Shown: positions 11,066-22,471 of the stretch, in pieces
Layout of the letters: each line of letters starts with the position of its first letter
Numbering within the stretch: position 1 is the stretch's first letter
DNA from: Naegleria gruberi
Lineage: Eukaryota
DNA: 64,000 bases
NCBI GenBank assembly: GCA_000004985.1
Contig: GG738870.1
Strand: one strand, 5' to 3'
Made by a program: the position numbers and the translations under genes
Notes under the pieces: generated by a model
Databases searched by the model: none
The model's input: the letters and a program-made list of their open reading frames with translations, nothing else
Told to the model about the DNA's origin: nothing

Positions 11066-13474
11066 ATGAAGAATTTATTCAAAAGAAAGAAGGACTCATC
11101 ACAAAGTGGTCAGTCATCTGCTTCATCATCTACATCAACGCTGGAAATTAGTGGTCCTTTCAATGTCAGATTAGAACATCACGTTGACTTTGACAGAGAA
11201 TTTGGTCTGTCAGGTGTTCCTAAAGATTGGGATTTATCAAATATTCAAGGAATTAACTATACTGTTGATGATGTTAATTCTGAACAGCAACAACAACAAC
11301 AACAATCATTAGATAGAACTATGAGTGAACCTGTCATGGTGTCAACATCAACAACAAATAATAATTCATCAAATTCTACAAGTGTTGCTACTCCTAGTAC
11401 TTCTGCATCATCATTATTTTTCAACAAACTCAGGAATAGAAACAAGGCTGCTCATCAATCCCTTTCAACCTCACCTGTCAATATTTCAACAAATTCTACA
11501 CCAACTTTGACACCAGAAATTGATTCAACAAGTCCAACAACACCTACAAGCACTTCCATTGGTGCTAATTCTAATAATTTAGCAAATTCAAATGTTACAG
11601 AAATGACAATTTCTACCAATTCAGTTTCAACTCCTCAACATGATCGTCAACATTCGCAAAGTTTCTTTTCTAAAATATTTACAAAAAAGAATAGTACAGC
11701 TACACCTCAATCAAATGATGAATCATCAGTTAAAAATGGTCAATTTGTTATGGGATTTACAAATATGAAAAAAACTCAAGCTGGTTACTATGTAGAAGTT
11801 TCACAATTAGAAAATTCAAATCAAAATTCGAAATTTAAAAAGGACAAGTTGTTAATTGATTTGATTAGTCCAGAAAATCCATTTCGTCTATTCACCAAAA
11901 TGAAGAAAATTGGTACAGGAAGTACAGCTGATGTTTACAAGGCAATTCACGTACCAAGTGGAAAGAAAGTTGCCATCAAAGTCATGCCACTGACAAGTGT
12001 GAAAAACACCAATTTTGACATGATTGAAAATGAAATTTTCATGATGAAACATGCCTGCAAATCTTATAATAACATTTTTGAATATGATATTACAAGTGAC
12101 AAGACGTTGATGGTTCAGTATTTTGGAACTTACATGACAGTGAATAATGGAATTTATGAACATATTGGAAGATATTTGGCAGCTTCAAAGAGAAAGAATT
12201 ATCATGATTCAGCTGCTAACAAACCAAACAAGCAAAACGAGAAACCAACACAAGCAAATAATCCATACATGCAACAACAAGTGATTAACAATTCACCGGC
12301 AGCTAAGGAATTGGAAAATATGGCAGAACATCAAAGAAAATCAAATGATGAATTGTGGGTCACTATGGAATACGTTTCTGGGGGTAAATTAACTGATTTA
12401 CTCCACACTAGATTTATGGAAAGTGAAATTGCTGCAATGTTACAACCAATTTTGAAGGGTTTACACATGCTTCATGTAAAATATGGCGTCATTCACAGAG
12501 ATGTCAAATCAGACAATGTACTCATTACAAAAGATGGTAAAATCAAGTTGGCCGACTTTGGTTTTTGTGCTGAAAATACTGGAAGAAGAAGATCAGTTGT
12601 GGGAACACCTTATTGGATGAGTCCTGAAGTTGTTTCTGGAGCTGAATATGATGAAAAGTCAGATGTTTGGTCATTGGGTATTTTAACATTGGAACTGGCA
12701 GATGGTGAAGTGCCACTCATTGAACATCCACCAATCAAGGCACTCTTCTTGATTCGTTCACAAGATCCACCAACCTTTAAGAGTTCATCAGAGTGGTCTG
12801 ATGTATTCCATGATTTCTTGAAGAGATGTTTAGAAAAGGATCCAACCAAACGTGCCACCATTGATGAATTATTGGAACATGAATTTATCAAGAAGGCCTG
12901 TAAATTAGATTTCCTAGCTCCACTCTTGACTAAGATTAGAGCTGAAAAGAAGAAGAAGAATATTAAGGAGAGTGATATTGGTCTCCAAGTGATAAAGCTC
13001 AGAACAGAGGAAGAGCAAGAGGAAGAAGAATATCAGGAACAAAAGAAAAAGAAGAAGGGTATTGGTATTATGGGATTGGTGACATCCTTCTCTGAAATGC
13101 AATCATCTTCATCGAATAATAATGCGGATGATGCTGATAATGCTGAACAAGGTGATTATGATTTGGGAGGTGGAGGTGGTAATTCAGGAATTGATGCCTA
13201 TGATCCAGATTTAATTGATGATCCAGACATGTATTGTGGAGGAGGTGATTATGGTGGATATGATTATGATCAACCACCACAAGAAGAACAACAACAGGAA
13301 GAAGGAGAAGGAAATGAAAATAATGGAGATTGGAATCATGAAGATGCAGTTATAATTGATGACCAAGATCAGAAAGATGAACATCCAGAACAAGAAGGAG
13401 AACATGCTGAAGAAGAGGATGACCATTATGGATCTGGACAATACTATGATAATGATGATGAAATGTTGGTATAA
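11066..13474 (+). CDS. p21-activated kinase (PAK/STE20 family) with N-terminal CRIB/PBD motif
   Basis: CRIB motif ISGPFNVRLEHHVDFD. Kinase motifs HRDVKSDN, DFGFCA and GTPYWMSPEV. N/Q-rich insert inside the kinase domain and an acidic D/E/G-rich tail. ATG at 11066 after an a-run. Confidence 0.9.
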   Translation: MKNLFKRKKDSSQSGQSSASSSTSTLEISGPFNVRLEHHVDFDREFGLSGVPKDWDLSNIQGINYTVDDVNSEQQQQQQQSLDRTMSEPVMVSTSTTNNNSSNSTSVATPSTSASSLFFNKLRNRNKAAHQSLSTSPVNISTNSTPTLTPEIDSTSPTTPTSTSIGANSNNLANSNVTEMTISTNSVSTPQHDRQHSQSFFSKIFTKKNSTATPQSNDESSVKNGQFVMGFTNMKKTQAGYYVEVSQLENSNQNSKFKKDKLLIDLISPENPFRLFTKMKKIGTGSTADVYKAIHVPSGKKVAIKVMPLTSVKNTNFDMIENEIFMMKHACKSYNNIFEYDITSDKTLMVQYFGTYMTVNNGIYEHIGRYLAASKRKNYHDSAANKPNKQNEKPTQANNPYMQQQVINNSPAAKELENMAEHQRKSNDELWVTMEYVSGGKLTDLLHTRFMESEIAAMLQPILKGLHMLHVKYGVIHRDVKSDNVLITKDGKIKLADFGFCAENTGRRRSVVGTPYWMSPEVVSGAEYDEKSDVWSLGILTLELADGEVPLIEHPPIKALFLIRSQDPPTFKSSSEWSDVFHDFLKRCLEKDPTKRATIDELLEHEFIKKACKLDFLAPLLTKIRAEKKKKNIKESDIGLQVIKLRTEEEQEEEEYQEQKKKKKGIGIMGLVTSFSEMQSSSSNNNADDADNAEQGDYDLGGGGGNSGIDAYDPDLIDDPDMYCGGGDYGGYDYDQPPQEEQQQEEGEGNENNGDWNHEDAVIIDDQDQKDEHPEQEGEHAEEEDDHYGSGQYYDNDDEMLV

Positions 13475-13687
13475 ACAGTAAACAGAACTCTTCTCGGTAA
13501 TCTTGGGATGTTCATCTTTCTGATCTTGTTTTGGCCTATTCCAACGTAGATCTCTCCTTGTTTCAGATCTCATATCAGCTATTAAGCACATGTGTATTAT
13601 ATACACATGTATTTATTTGTAATATAATTTGAAAACACGAGTTTATCTAACAGATCACAATTTTAGCAATCCTAGTTGATTTATTAA

Positions 13688-14866
13688 TCATTGCTTTTTA
13701 TTCCGTTGTTTACGAAAGTATTTCTGTGCATGACTAGCAATTTGAGTTCTCGATCTCGAAGGCACATATTCATCAGCAATCTTTGACCAATTCTTTCCAC
13801 ATTCCTCATATCCCAACATGAAGAGATCATGTTCTTCCTCAGTCCATGGTCCTTCGCTCACATTCACCTTCTTTGGTTTTGGTTTTCTTCCACGATTTGA
13901 TTTTCTCTTTGGTGTTACAAATTCAACATTCTCAAATGATGGATTTTTCTTACATGTCGTTGTAAGAGATGAGTTTGTTAATGACCTTTCCAGTGCTTCA
14001 TCATCTTCCTCATCTTCATGTGAAAAATTTGATGATTCAGTCGAACTACAACTATGATTATTTACAGAATGCGATCCATTATTATTAGGCTGCAGCATGG
14101 ATGCATCCATCATGGATGTGATAACTATTTGCTCATCCGTACTCGTTGATGTTTGCAATGTTGTAGGTGAACTTAATGCACCATTTTCACTACAACATGT
14201 AAGCAGTGGAACCACATGTAAAATAGTAGCATTAGCACCTGACCTCGTATTTGGCAATTTAAGAGTTCCCCTTTCAGCCAACAACAAATTATCATCATCT
14301 GTTTCCAATTGATCTTCACGTTGTTTTTTACATGGTGATATTGGCCTTGCACATTTCCTTTTTAAATTTGATTCGCTTGATTCAATTTCACCAAACAAAT
14401 CAAGAGACCCATTTCTAGTCTTTTTTTCGATCATTGTTTTGTATTGCATCTCAGTATGATGTTCATTGTCTTGATTATTTTGTACATTGTTCTTTAATTC
14501 GGACGATAATGCCTCTTTAAGATGTTGGTGATGAAGGTGATGCTGTTTGAATGTTATTTGTTGTCTTGGAAGTGAATCATTATTTAAATATAATTGATGA
14601 TGAGCAAGTGAAGAAGTTGAAGAACAAACATCATTTGTACATGAACAGTAAGGTTTTCTTCTATTGTTGGGAGAAGATATCTTCACCTTGTTGTTATGGA
14701 GTGGGAATAATTCATTCGTATTGGAGAAGGGTTCCAAACATATCGAAGGTTCCATCAATACATGATGTTGTTGCTGATGATGATGAAACCCATTATTCTT
14801 TCTATTTGATGCATCATTATTAGAAAACTTGTTGTTTGCATACTGATGATGATGCTGACCATACAT
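13688..14866 (-). CDS. Myb-like DNA-binding protein, SHAQKYF class
   Basis: C-terminal [44 protein letters not shown]. The rest is H/Q/N-rich low complexity. ATG at 14866. Confidence 0.8.
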   Translation of the reverse strand: MYGQHHHQYANNKFSNNDASNRKNNGFHHHQQQHHVLMEPSICLEPFSNTNELFPLHNNKVKISSPNNRRKPYCSCTNDVCSSTSSLAHHQLYLNNDSLPRQQITFKQHHLHHQHLKEALSSELKNNVQNNQDNEHHTEMQYKTMIEKKTRNGSLDLFGEIESSESNLKRKCARPISPCKKQREDQLETDDDNLLLAERGTLKLPNTRSGANATILHVVPLLTCCSENGALSSPTTLQTSTSTDEQIVITSMMDASMLQPNNNGSHSVNNHSCSSTESSNFSHEDEEDDEALERSLTNSSLTTTCKKNPSFENVEFVTPKRKSNRGRKPKPKKVNVSEGPWTEEEHDLFMLGYEECGKNWSKIADEYVPSRSRTQIASHAQKYFRKQRNKKQ

Positions 14867-16109
14867 TTTCTGAATAACACTATTTCCACTTTTTCCAATA
14901 TGTCAACACTCAAAAGAATTGGAGAATGGTTGCCCAGTGAGAAGAGTTGGTTTGTTTTTTTCTAATTGTACAGTTTCATTATGGCCGATTTTGAATATGG
15001 TGAGCCAGGTGTGAATAAGTGTTGCTGATGTGTTCGGTTGCTGGTGGAGTTCTTAATTGATTCACACTAAACATTTGATCCTCTATAGGATGTTGTGGGA
15101 CCTATACGATGAATGCTAGTCTGATATTTCATCATGTTGGTGGAGGAGGTGTTGAGGAGTCTCATATGAAACTGATATAATTCGCTTGCAGATATGGAAG
15201 TGATCTTAAGAAAACGACAGTTTTTCAGAGCGCATAGTCCTGTAATGGAGTTGCTTTAGTGGATCTTGATATTAAGGAAATAAGAGACAGATTTTGGAAA
15301 TTGGTAGCTACACTACAAATTAGCCCCTCATTTCTGTGAGGTCGTGCTTTTGTATCACTCAATAATTGAGGTGGATCCTTAATTGATCTCGATTTATTTT
15401 TAAGGCGATTAGGAACGAACAGAAAATGGTGCTGGAAAATGTGTTATTGAGTTTATAAGAAAAAAAAGGAGGATTGATCTGCGTGCTTGCTCATCGTTTT
15501 TCTATATACTGCGCACTTGTAAAAGCAGATGCTGCGAAATGTTATGGGTATTATCCCTTCATCATGTGAAAAACAATTGAGGACTCACAATATCAACAAC
15601 AAGATGTGAATCAACAATTGAAATATTAAGGAAAGATTGAGAGAGATGTTTTCACATACATTTCATGGCTGGCTTACACGTTTGCTTATAACATGCCAAA
15701 AGACAACAAGATAACATTAATCGCACAAACCATATACATGTGAGAAGGACCTCTCATCATAGAATAGACCAAACCCGTGGCATGTCCATACAACAGAATC
15801 CCAATCTCTTCTCTCTCCCTTACATGTGGTTCTCTCTCACCATAATATTCACATGTGGTTGAATCACTAAACACACAACATGGAATCAATGAGAATATAG
15901 TACTGGAGAGTTCTCAAGAAGAATTAAAAAGAAATACTGAGGTATATAATATCAAAATCCATCTTCATCTAACATGTTACTTCCTTACTACATGTTCAAT
16001 CAGACCACATCAACAACAACAACATTACATGTTTTCCATGTTTTCCTTACTTCTCATTCAATGTGATCTCATTCACAACATGTTCAACCAAAATAACAAA
16101 TTTTAAAAA

Positions 16110-17807
16110 ATGAAAAGAAAACAAGATGAAAATATTGTTGAAAATGATGAAGAAGAAACATTAGAATTGACAAATCAAGAGGAGGAATACCATGAGGGAG
16201 AAGAGGAGGCAAATAATCAACAACGAGAATTTACTCCTATTGAATTTTCTGCTTCCGAATTGATGCAAGATATGAAGAAGAAAAAGAAGAGAAGGAAAAA
16301 GCAGCAACAACAGAAAAATTCAGATGACGATGAACAAGCAGGACAAGCTAGCACTACACAAAAACCATTCTTTGTGGTTGATAAAAAGACAATAGAAAAG
16401 ATTGATTGGAAACCTCCTTCCGATAAGAATTGGTTGAAAGGCTTTTTCCATTCATCGAATGAACAACAACATGACAATCATCATGCTTCATCATCAACAG
16501 GACAACAAATAGCAGAAGAAACAGCATCCACAACATCAGAATTGGACAATGAATATATGGACGATTTGGATGTGGAAGCTCAAAAGTACTTGTTGAATGT
16601 AAGATTTGAGGCACAAAACTTTTGTGTAGGAACTGTTGTTGCTTCCAACATTGATTCCAAGGATTTTGAGAGTAATAGATCGAGCATGAGGGACATGGAT
16701 CAATCCTTGTATAGTACCATACATTTATTTGATGAAAGTAGTGGTAGTATTAATGTGAGCTCGAGTTGGGAAGAGAGTTTCATGAGAAGTTTCAAATCTC
16801 AAAGAAATACTGTACAGACAGATATTGATAAAAGATTGAGAGGATACACAACTGCATCAGCCAGTAGTGGAAATGCAAAGAAATTTCAACATGCCTATCC
16901 ACCATTGAATGGACATTTTGATAAGTGGAAACATGCATGTCTTGGAGAGGAGAATGTATACATCTTGTGGGAACAATACATTAATAAGCAAAATGCTGCA
17001 GATGCATCCAATAAGGAACATCATGTTAAAGATCAAGATCAGAATGAAATTGAGACTACATCTTTGCATGACACTCCTCCGATCGATGAAACAACACATG
17101 CTCCTTCCTCTTCATCATCAACAGCCAACAGCAACAACAGCAGCATGGATGAAACAAGTGATAATCAAACCAATGATACCACCTGTAATACTACAAAAAA
17201 GAAGAATAGGAGAGGAGGTAGAAAGAGACAAAAAAAGGATGCATCCGAAAAAGATGCATCATTAATGGATACTACCTTAGATACTAAAATACCAACTTAT
17301 GCACTCTTGACTGATTATTTGGATTATTTGACGATTCATGCATTGTTCAGCAAGATGATCCATTGGACTGTCAGTAATTTCCACAATAATTCAATTTTGA
17401 GAAGAAAGCCCTCTCTGGTGGCCTCTCTTTTCAATTCCAATAGTGATGATGAAGAAGAGGAGAATGAGGACAAGTCAGAACAATCCACAAACAAGGAAAA
17501 GTGGATTACCAATTATCTCATTAATGAATCAGCCAACTCTGATAATATTTCTCGTTGTAATTGGTTATATCACTTATTCTTGGCAATTGACAAGCCACCA
17601 AATGATACCATCGGTGCCAATATGAATCAACTTTTAGTTTGGATATTGGAACACTTTTCCACATTTACACCAGAAGAAAAGGAAGAATTTAAGAAATTGG
17701 TAATCATTATTATCAAATATTTTGGTCAAGGAAGTCCATCCATAATCAAATATCAAGATGAGACAAATTCCTCTGGTAATCATACAAAAACTTCTCTACT
17801 TGTTTAA
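16110..17807 (+). CDS. Hypothetical acidic / low-complexity nuclear-type protein
   Basis: 565-aa ORF with ATG at 16110 after an a-run. K-rich basic patch KKKKKRRKKQQQQ, poly-S/N and D/E stretches; no confident domain. Confidence 0.5.
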   Translation: MKRKQDENIVENDEEETLELTNQEEEYHEGEEEANNQQREFTPIEFSASELMQDMKKKKKRRKKQQQQKNSDDDEQAGQASTTQKPFFVVDKKTIEKIDWKPPSDKNWLKGFFHSSNEQQHDNHHASSSTGQQIAEETASTTSELDNEYMDDLDVEAQKYLLNVRFEAQNFCVGTVVASNIDSKDFESNRSSMRDMDQSLYSTIHLFDESSGSINVSSSWEESFMRSFKSQRNTVQTDIDKRLRGYTTASASSGNAKKFQHAYPPLNGHFDKWKHACLGEENVYILWEQYINKQNAADASNKEHHVKDQDQNEIETTSLHDTPPIDETTHAPSSSSSTANSNNSSMDETSDNQTNDTTCNTTKKKNRRGGRKRQKKDASEKDASLMDTTLDTKIPTYALLTDYLDYLTIHALFSKMIHWTVSNFHNNSILRRKPSLVASLFNSNSDDEEEENEDKSEQSTNKEKWITNYLINESANSDNISRCNWLYHLFLAIDKPPNDTIGANMNQLLVWILEHFSTFTPEEKEEFKKLVIIIIKYFGQGSPSIIKYQDETNSSGNHTKTSLLV

Positions 17808-18625
17808 TTAAAATTACATCGAGTAAGGTAAAATTTATCTTTGTTGTGAATTGGAAATTATCGAAGCAGCATCTAAATAATTTGAAACACAATTTTCGAT
17901 ACAAATCTTGTCATCTATAATGTTTCATGTCAATAAATTATAAATTCATCATTTTCATCAATAATTAATAGTTCCGATAATTATCCAAAGTAATAATATG
18001 AATTCATTCCGATAAACAAAATTCCGAAGAAATTAAAATTTCATCCTCACCATCATAATACTAACATTTAACTAATCCTTTAGTATTTGGATTTGCAACG
18101 CAAGCTTCAAAGCATTTTTTAGTCAAATCAATAATTTGTTTAGTGACTTGAGTTTTCATCACCAATTCCAATTCTTGTCTTTGCGCTTCCGACATTTTTT
18201 TTTCAAGTTGGGTTTAATTTCTAACATCATAAATAATATTTAATAAGTATTAAATTAATAATCAATTTAATAATAATTAATATTAAGCAACACATTAGTC
18301 AATACGTTCATGATTGAATTCATTTATTTCATCATCAAATCCAAAAAAAGATTACAAAAAAATTTAAAACTAACGCCTCTTTGCATCGTTATAAAATTTT
18401 TATTACATGCTCTTTTCATATTATCACCAAATAATTTAACTACAAACACCATTATTTAAATATCAACAAAGCATTAATTCAATATATCAACAAGATAAAC
18501 GTTAAATATCGGTGATTGGCGCCATTTTAAAAAAACATTTTGAAAAAAAAGAAAATAAGATTCTTTTTTTTTCTTTTGCAATAACATCATATATTATTAA
18601 TTTAAACAACCTCTAAGTGAGCATT

Positions 18626-20725
18626 ATGCTACAAAAGAATAGTCATCAACAACAGCTGCAGCAGCAACATACACATACAACAAATCCAACACCTTCCATT
18701 CTTAGGAGGGTTAATAATCCCCTACGTCCACCATCAACACCACCAAATAACAATAATAATAATAGGTTTTCCTCTCCTTCCTCATCTATAACTACACCAC
18801 CACCTCCTTCTCTAAATTCACCACGAGTTGCAAATTCTTCAATAACACCTCCTCCTCCACCTAGAAGTGGAGTCACACCTTCCCCTCCTAATCCAAATTT
18901 ATTACTTCCAGGAGAAACAAAAATTAATAATAATATTGTCGTTAAAAGGAAGAGGAATAGACGTAGTAAAAATTTCGATACAGTCACAACACCCTCCCCT
19001 ACGAGGTACATCTATCCACAGCCAACATTTCCGACATGTTATTATCCAATTCCTCAAATACCTGTTCATCCAATTCCATCACTTCCTCTAGGTATTAAGG
19101 GACTTTATTCAAATCCCTACTCTGCAACAAATTATTATCCTACTCATCCTTCTTTTCCTCTTCAACAACAACAACTTCAACAACAGCAACAACCTAGGTA
19201 CAATACCACAATACCAGCAACACCACCATCAAAACAAGACTCACATAATAAAACCTCAGCAAGCAAAGAGGAAGTTCTGGCAGAGGGTAACTGTATAATA
19301 GACGATGAAAATGGTTTTAATACTTCCGATATTTGTATGTCTAACGATTCGGAAAATTCAGGGCATAAGAGGAGAAGTATTGTGACCAAGTTGAGGCACC
19401 TTGTCAACAAGACAGGTGAATGTTTGACAAAAACAAGACTTAAGGAAATAGAGAATAGAGAAAAAGAGGAAAAGGAAGAAATACTTGCTTACTTTAAAGA
19501 TGACTCGCCAAAACCAATTCCCGAGAAGGCCCTACTGCCAGAAAATAAGGATAGAAAGAAAATTTTGGATTTGGAATTTTCTCAATTAGTATCCATCTCT
19601 AGGTCAGCATTTTCCCATCTTGCAAGAGAGTATTCAAAAATTGGGATTGATATTTCAATGAATAGATTTGTAAAACCAGAAAAATCATCGGAATCTACCA
19701 TTCCAAGTCTCTTAAGTGATACATCCCACTTCTTCTCAATGGTAGAGTCTTTGGTGGAGGCAAGTAGGAAGGAAATACCACAACAAGATCAAATGGGATC
19801 GACAGTTTTAAATGTTCTTAAAACAATGGAGTCTGTATTGTTGGACGATACAGACACGAGAATACTTTTAAGCCATCCTTCAACATCTGTCTATCCAATT
19901 GAAAATGATTCGGAGGTATATTATGAAGATATTGTACCACAATATCTCTTTTATAATAATAATAATAGTAATGGAATTAAGGAAACAGACTCATTGAATA
20001 GCAGTTTAATTGCAGTAGAAAGATCAGATTTTGCCCAACAAGCAGACGTGAATTGTAGCTCAATAACTATTCAAACAGATGATAAGTCTGTTGAGGAGGT
20101 TTCCCTACAGACCTCACCTATTGAATCAAGTTCTGTCGATATTCAAACAGATGAAGAGCACACGACTAGATCATCAATAGATATTCAAACAGAACATGCT
20201 GTGAATCAGTTATTATCGACTGATGTTCAAACAGAACCAGTTAATTTTGCTGCCCCTAGGAAGCAACATGTCACTATTGAGACCCAAACTGATAGTGTGG
20301 AGAAGATTTGTATTTCTACAATGACTGATGAATTACCAGTTGAAAAATCAGTAATTGAAAAACCAGTAATTGAAACACCAGTCGTTACACCAGAGGTAGA
20401 ACAGGAATCCAACTCTTCAAAAAAGAGGAAAAAGGATGATACCTCTTCATCTTCATCATCAAGCTCGGAAGACTCAGAATCGGAGGAAGAACAAACAAAA
20501 CCAAAACGAAAACTCAGGAAACGAACTATCATCACAACCAAAACAACAACTAAGAAGAAAGATGAACCTGTCTATTTCGTTGAAAAAGTTGTCAAACATG
20601 ACAATATTGATGGCAAGCATTGGTTCTATGTGAAATGGGAAGGTTTTTCTTCTAGGTTTAACTCTTGGGTTGAAGAACATGATATTCTTGATAAGTCCTT
20701 AATACGGAAATATATTAAAAAATAA
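18626..20725 (+). CDS. Chromodomain protein with P/Q-rich N-terminus and internal [IV]D[IV]QT[DE] repeats
   Basis: C-terminal chromodomain EPVYFVEKVVKHDNIDGKHWFYVKWEGFSSRFNSWVEEHDI. Track start 18617 is GTG; first ATG at 18626. Four repeats around SVDIQTDEEH / SIDIQTEHA / TDVQTEP / TIETQTD. Confidence 0.8.
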   Translation: MLQKNSHQQQLQQQHTHTTNPTPSILRRVNNPLRPPSTPPNNNNNNRFSSPSSSITTPPPPSLNSPRVANSSITPPPPPRSGVTPSPPNPNLLLPGETKINNNIVVKRKRNRRSKNFDTVTTPSPTRYIYPQPTFPTCYYPIPQIPVHPIPSLPLGIKGLYSNPYSATNYYPTHPSFPLQQQQLQQQQQPRYNTTIPATPPSKQDSHNKTSASKEEVLAEGNCIIDDENGFNTSDICMSNDSENSGHKRRSIVTKLRHLVNKTGECLTKTRLKEIENREKEEKEEILAYFKDDSPKPIPEKALLPENKDRKKILDLEFSQLVSISRSAFSHLAREYSKIGIDISMNRFVKPEKSSESTIPSLLSDTSHFFSMVESLVEASRKEIPQQDQMGSTVLNVLKTMESVLLDDTDTRILLSHPSTSVYPIENDSEVYYEDIVPQYLFYNNNNSNGIKETDSLNSSLIAVERSDFAQQADVNCSSITIQTDDKSVEEVSLQTSPIESSSVDIQTDEEHTTRSSIDIQTEHAVNQLLSTDVQTEPVNFAAPRKQHVTIETQTDSVEKICISTMTDELPVEKSVIEKPVIETPVVTPEVEQESNSSKKRKKDDTSSSSSSSSEDSESEEEQTKPKRKLRKRTIITTKTTTKKKDEPVYFVEKVVKHDNIDGKHWFYVKWEGFSSRFNSWVEEHDILDKSLIRKYIKK

Positions 20726-20893
20726 TTTTCTCCCCAACCCTTTTCTCATTATAATTTGCATAGCAAATCTGTACTTTACAATCAATTTAGTTTATTAACA
20801 AAATAAATTGAATGGTAGAAGATAGAGAATCATTTCCCGCCTTCTCTGTGGTTGGCGCCAATTAATTTGTTAAAAACAAGCAAATTAAAAAAA

Positions 20894-22141
20894 ATGTCCA
20901 ACTCTCACGACGAAGAACTTGCTGATTTCGAAGAAGATATCGAAGAAACAACAACAACAACAGCTACTGCTACTGCTGCGGAAGTAGATGGTGAAGAAGA
21001 TATCGAAGATGAAGAAGAACATGAAGAAGGTTCTGCTTCTGCCACTCACGATGAAGTCCCATTAGAAGAACATCTCGTTATGAATCAAGATGATATCGTA
21101 AAGGCAATCGGATACTATGAAGAATATAAAACTAGAAAGAATGCTTCAGCCATTGAATTAGTAGGTGAAGAATTACAAGAAGCCTTGTCATTGCTCGATG
21201 AAGGAATTGAATTGTTGGGCAATAACGTTGTGAGGGATAGAGAAGAACAATACGGAGAATCATCCATTGAATGTGCTGAAGTTTTAATTGTCTATGCTGA
21301 AATGTTAATTGAAAGAGGACGTTATCAAGTTGATAATATTATTTCCGGAAGCTTGAAAAAGGCTATTAAAAAGAACATGGATATGCGTAATGAAGAGGAA
21401 GTTGGAGAAGAAGAAGAGGAAGAAGATGAAGATTGTTTTGAACTTGCTTGGGGAGTTTTGGAATTGGCCAGAGTTGCATTTGTTAGAATCCTTGTTTCTG
21501 GAAAGGTATTGTCACCAAGTGAATTGCAATTGAATTATAGATTGAAATTGGCTCGTGTTCATACCTTGTTGGCTGTCTTGAATTCTGAAAATGATAACTT
21601 TAATTCTGCAGTTGTTGAATATCAAAATGCTTTAAAGCTTTATGATATTGTTCTTAAGGATTCTGATAATTTGTGTCTTGGTCTATTTAGAGTTGCTGCC
21701 AATATTTTCCATAAGAGAGATGACTTGAAGGTTGACTTGTTACAAAAGATTGCTGAAACACATCTCGAAATTGCCACATGTCTTTCGATGGGTGGTTCTG
21801 ATGTTCCACCAGTTTTGGAAGCATACAAATTGGCAGAAACTGCTCTCGAAAACTCTGTCAAACTCAGAGAAAAGGCCATTGATAATGACAAGTCAATCAT
21901 TGTTGACTTGAAGGAAAGAATAGCTGAACTTAATGGACCATCAGTGCCTCAGGAAGAAGTTAGCAGAGTCATTAATCAAGTTGTAACCAACAGAATGGGT
22001 TCAGTACAATCAGGATTTGCACCATCTTCTTCTGAACCAACTAAGGAAGTTCACATTCTTCAACCAAGAAAGAGAAAGATTGAACAAAGCACCATCCAAA
22101 ATGCCAACTCTTCTGAAACCAAAAAGACCAAAGAAGAATAA
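20894..22141 (+). CDS. NASP/Sim3-like (SHNi-TPR) histone chaperone candidate
   Basis: TPR-like helices interrupted by the acidic stretch EEEVGEEEEEEDEDCFELAWGVLELARVAF, the hallmark of NASP-family proteins. C-terminal coiled coil. Preferred ATG at 20894 (aaaaaATG); track start is 20852. Confidence 0.6.
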   Translation: MSNSHDEELADFEEDIEETTTTTATATAAEVDGEEDIEDEEEHEEGSASATHDEVPLEEHLVMNQDDIVKAIGYYEEYKTRKNASAIELVGEELQEALSLLDEGIELLGNNVVRDREEQYGESSIECAEVLIVYAEMLIERGRYQVDNIISGSLKKAIKKNMDMRNEEEVGEEEEEEDEDCFELAWGVLELARVAFVRILVSGKVLSPSELQLNYRLKLARVHTLLAVLNSENDNFNSAVVEYQNALKLYDIVLKDSDNLCLGLFRVAANIFHKRDDLKVDLLQKIAETHLEIATCLSMGGSDVPPVLEAYKLAETALENSVKLREKAIDNDKSIIVDLKERIAELNGPSVPQEEVSRVINQVVTNRMGSVQSGFAPSSSEPTKEVHILQPRKRKIEQSTIQNANSSETKKTKEE

Positions 22142-22471
22142 TTTTGTACAAACACCATCCAAACAACCAACACTAAGATAATCTTTATTGTCACTCTCTA
22201 AGAGGATGTGAAAAAAGATTCTAATTATATTATTTCAATAACAACATTATTTATTATCCAAACTAAACATCCATCAAGATATTAAATATGATGTGTTACT
22301 ATTTGATATCAAGCCAAGGGACCAAATATCCTTGTGTTGATGGTTAAATTCAACCTTCCAAATTGCAAAACCATCACCACATCAACTCATTAAATTTCAC
22401 GTGTTAAAAAATCCCGATATTCTTCTTGATCAAATATCACATCATCAACTCGAACAGAAGAATTACTCACA

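Noticed and set aside
13211-13606. 131-aa minus-strand ORF rich in I/F/L
   Set aside because: Antisense to the PAK acidic tail and 3' flank. Low-complexity hydrophobic translation typical of reverse-strand A/T runs
18646-19011. 121-aa minus-strand G/V-rich ORF
   Set aside because: Antisense to the proline-rich N-terminus of the chromodomain gene (CCN codons read as GGN)
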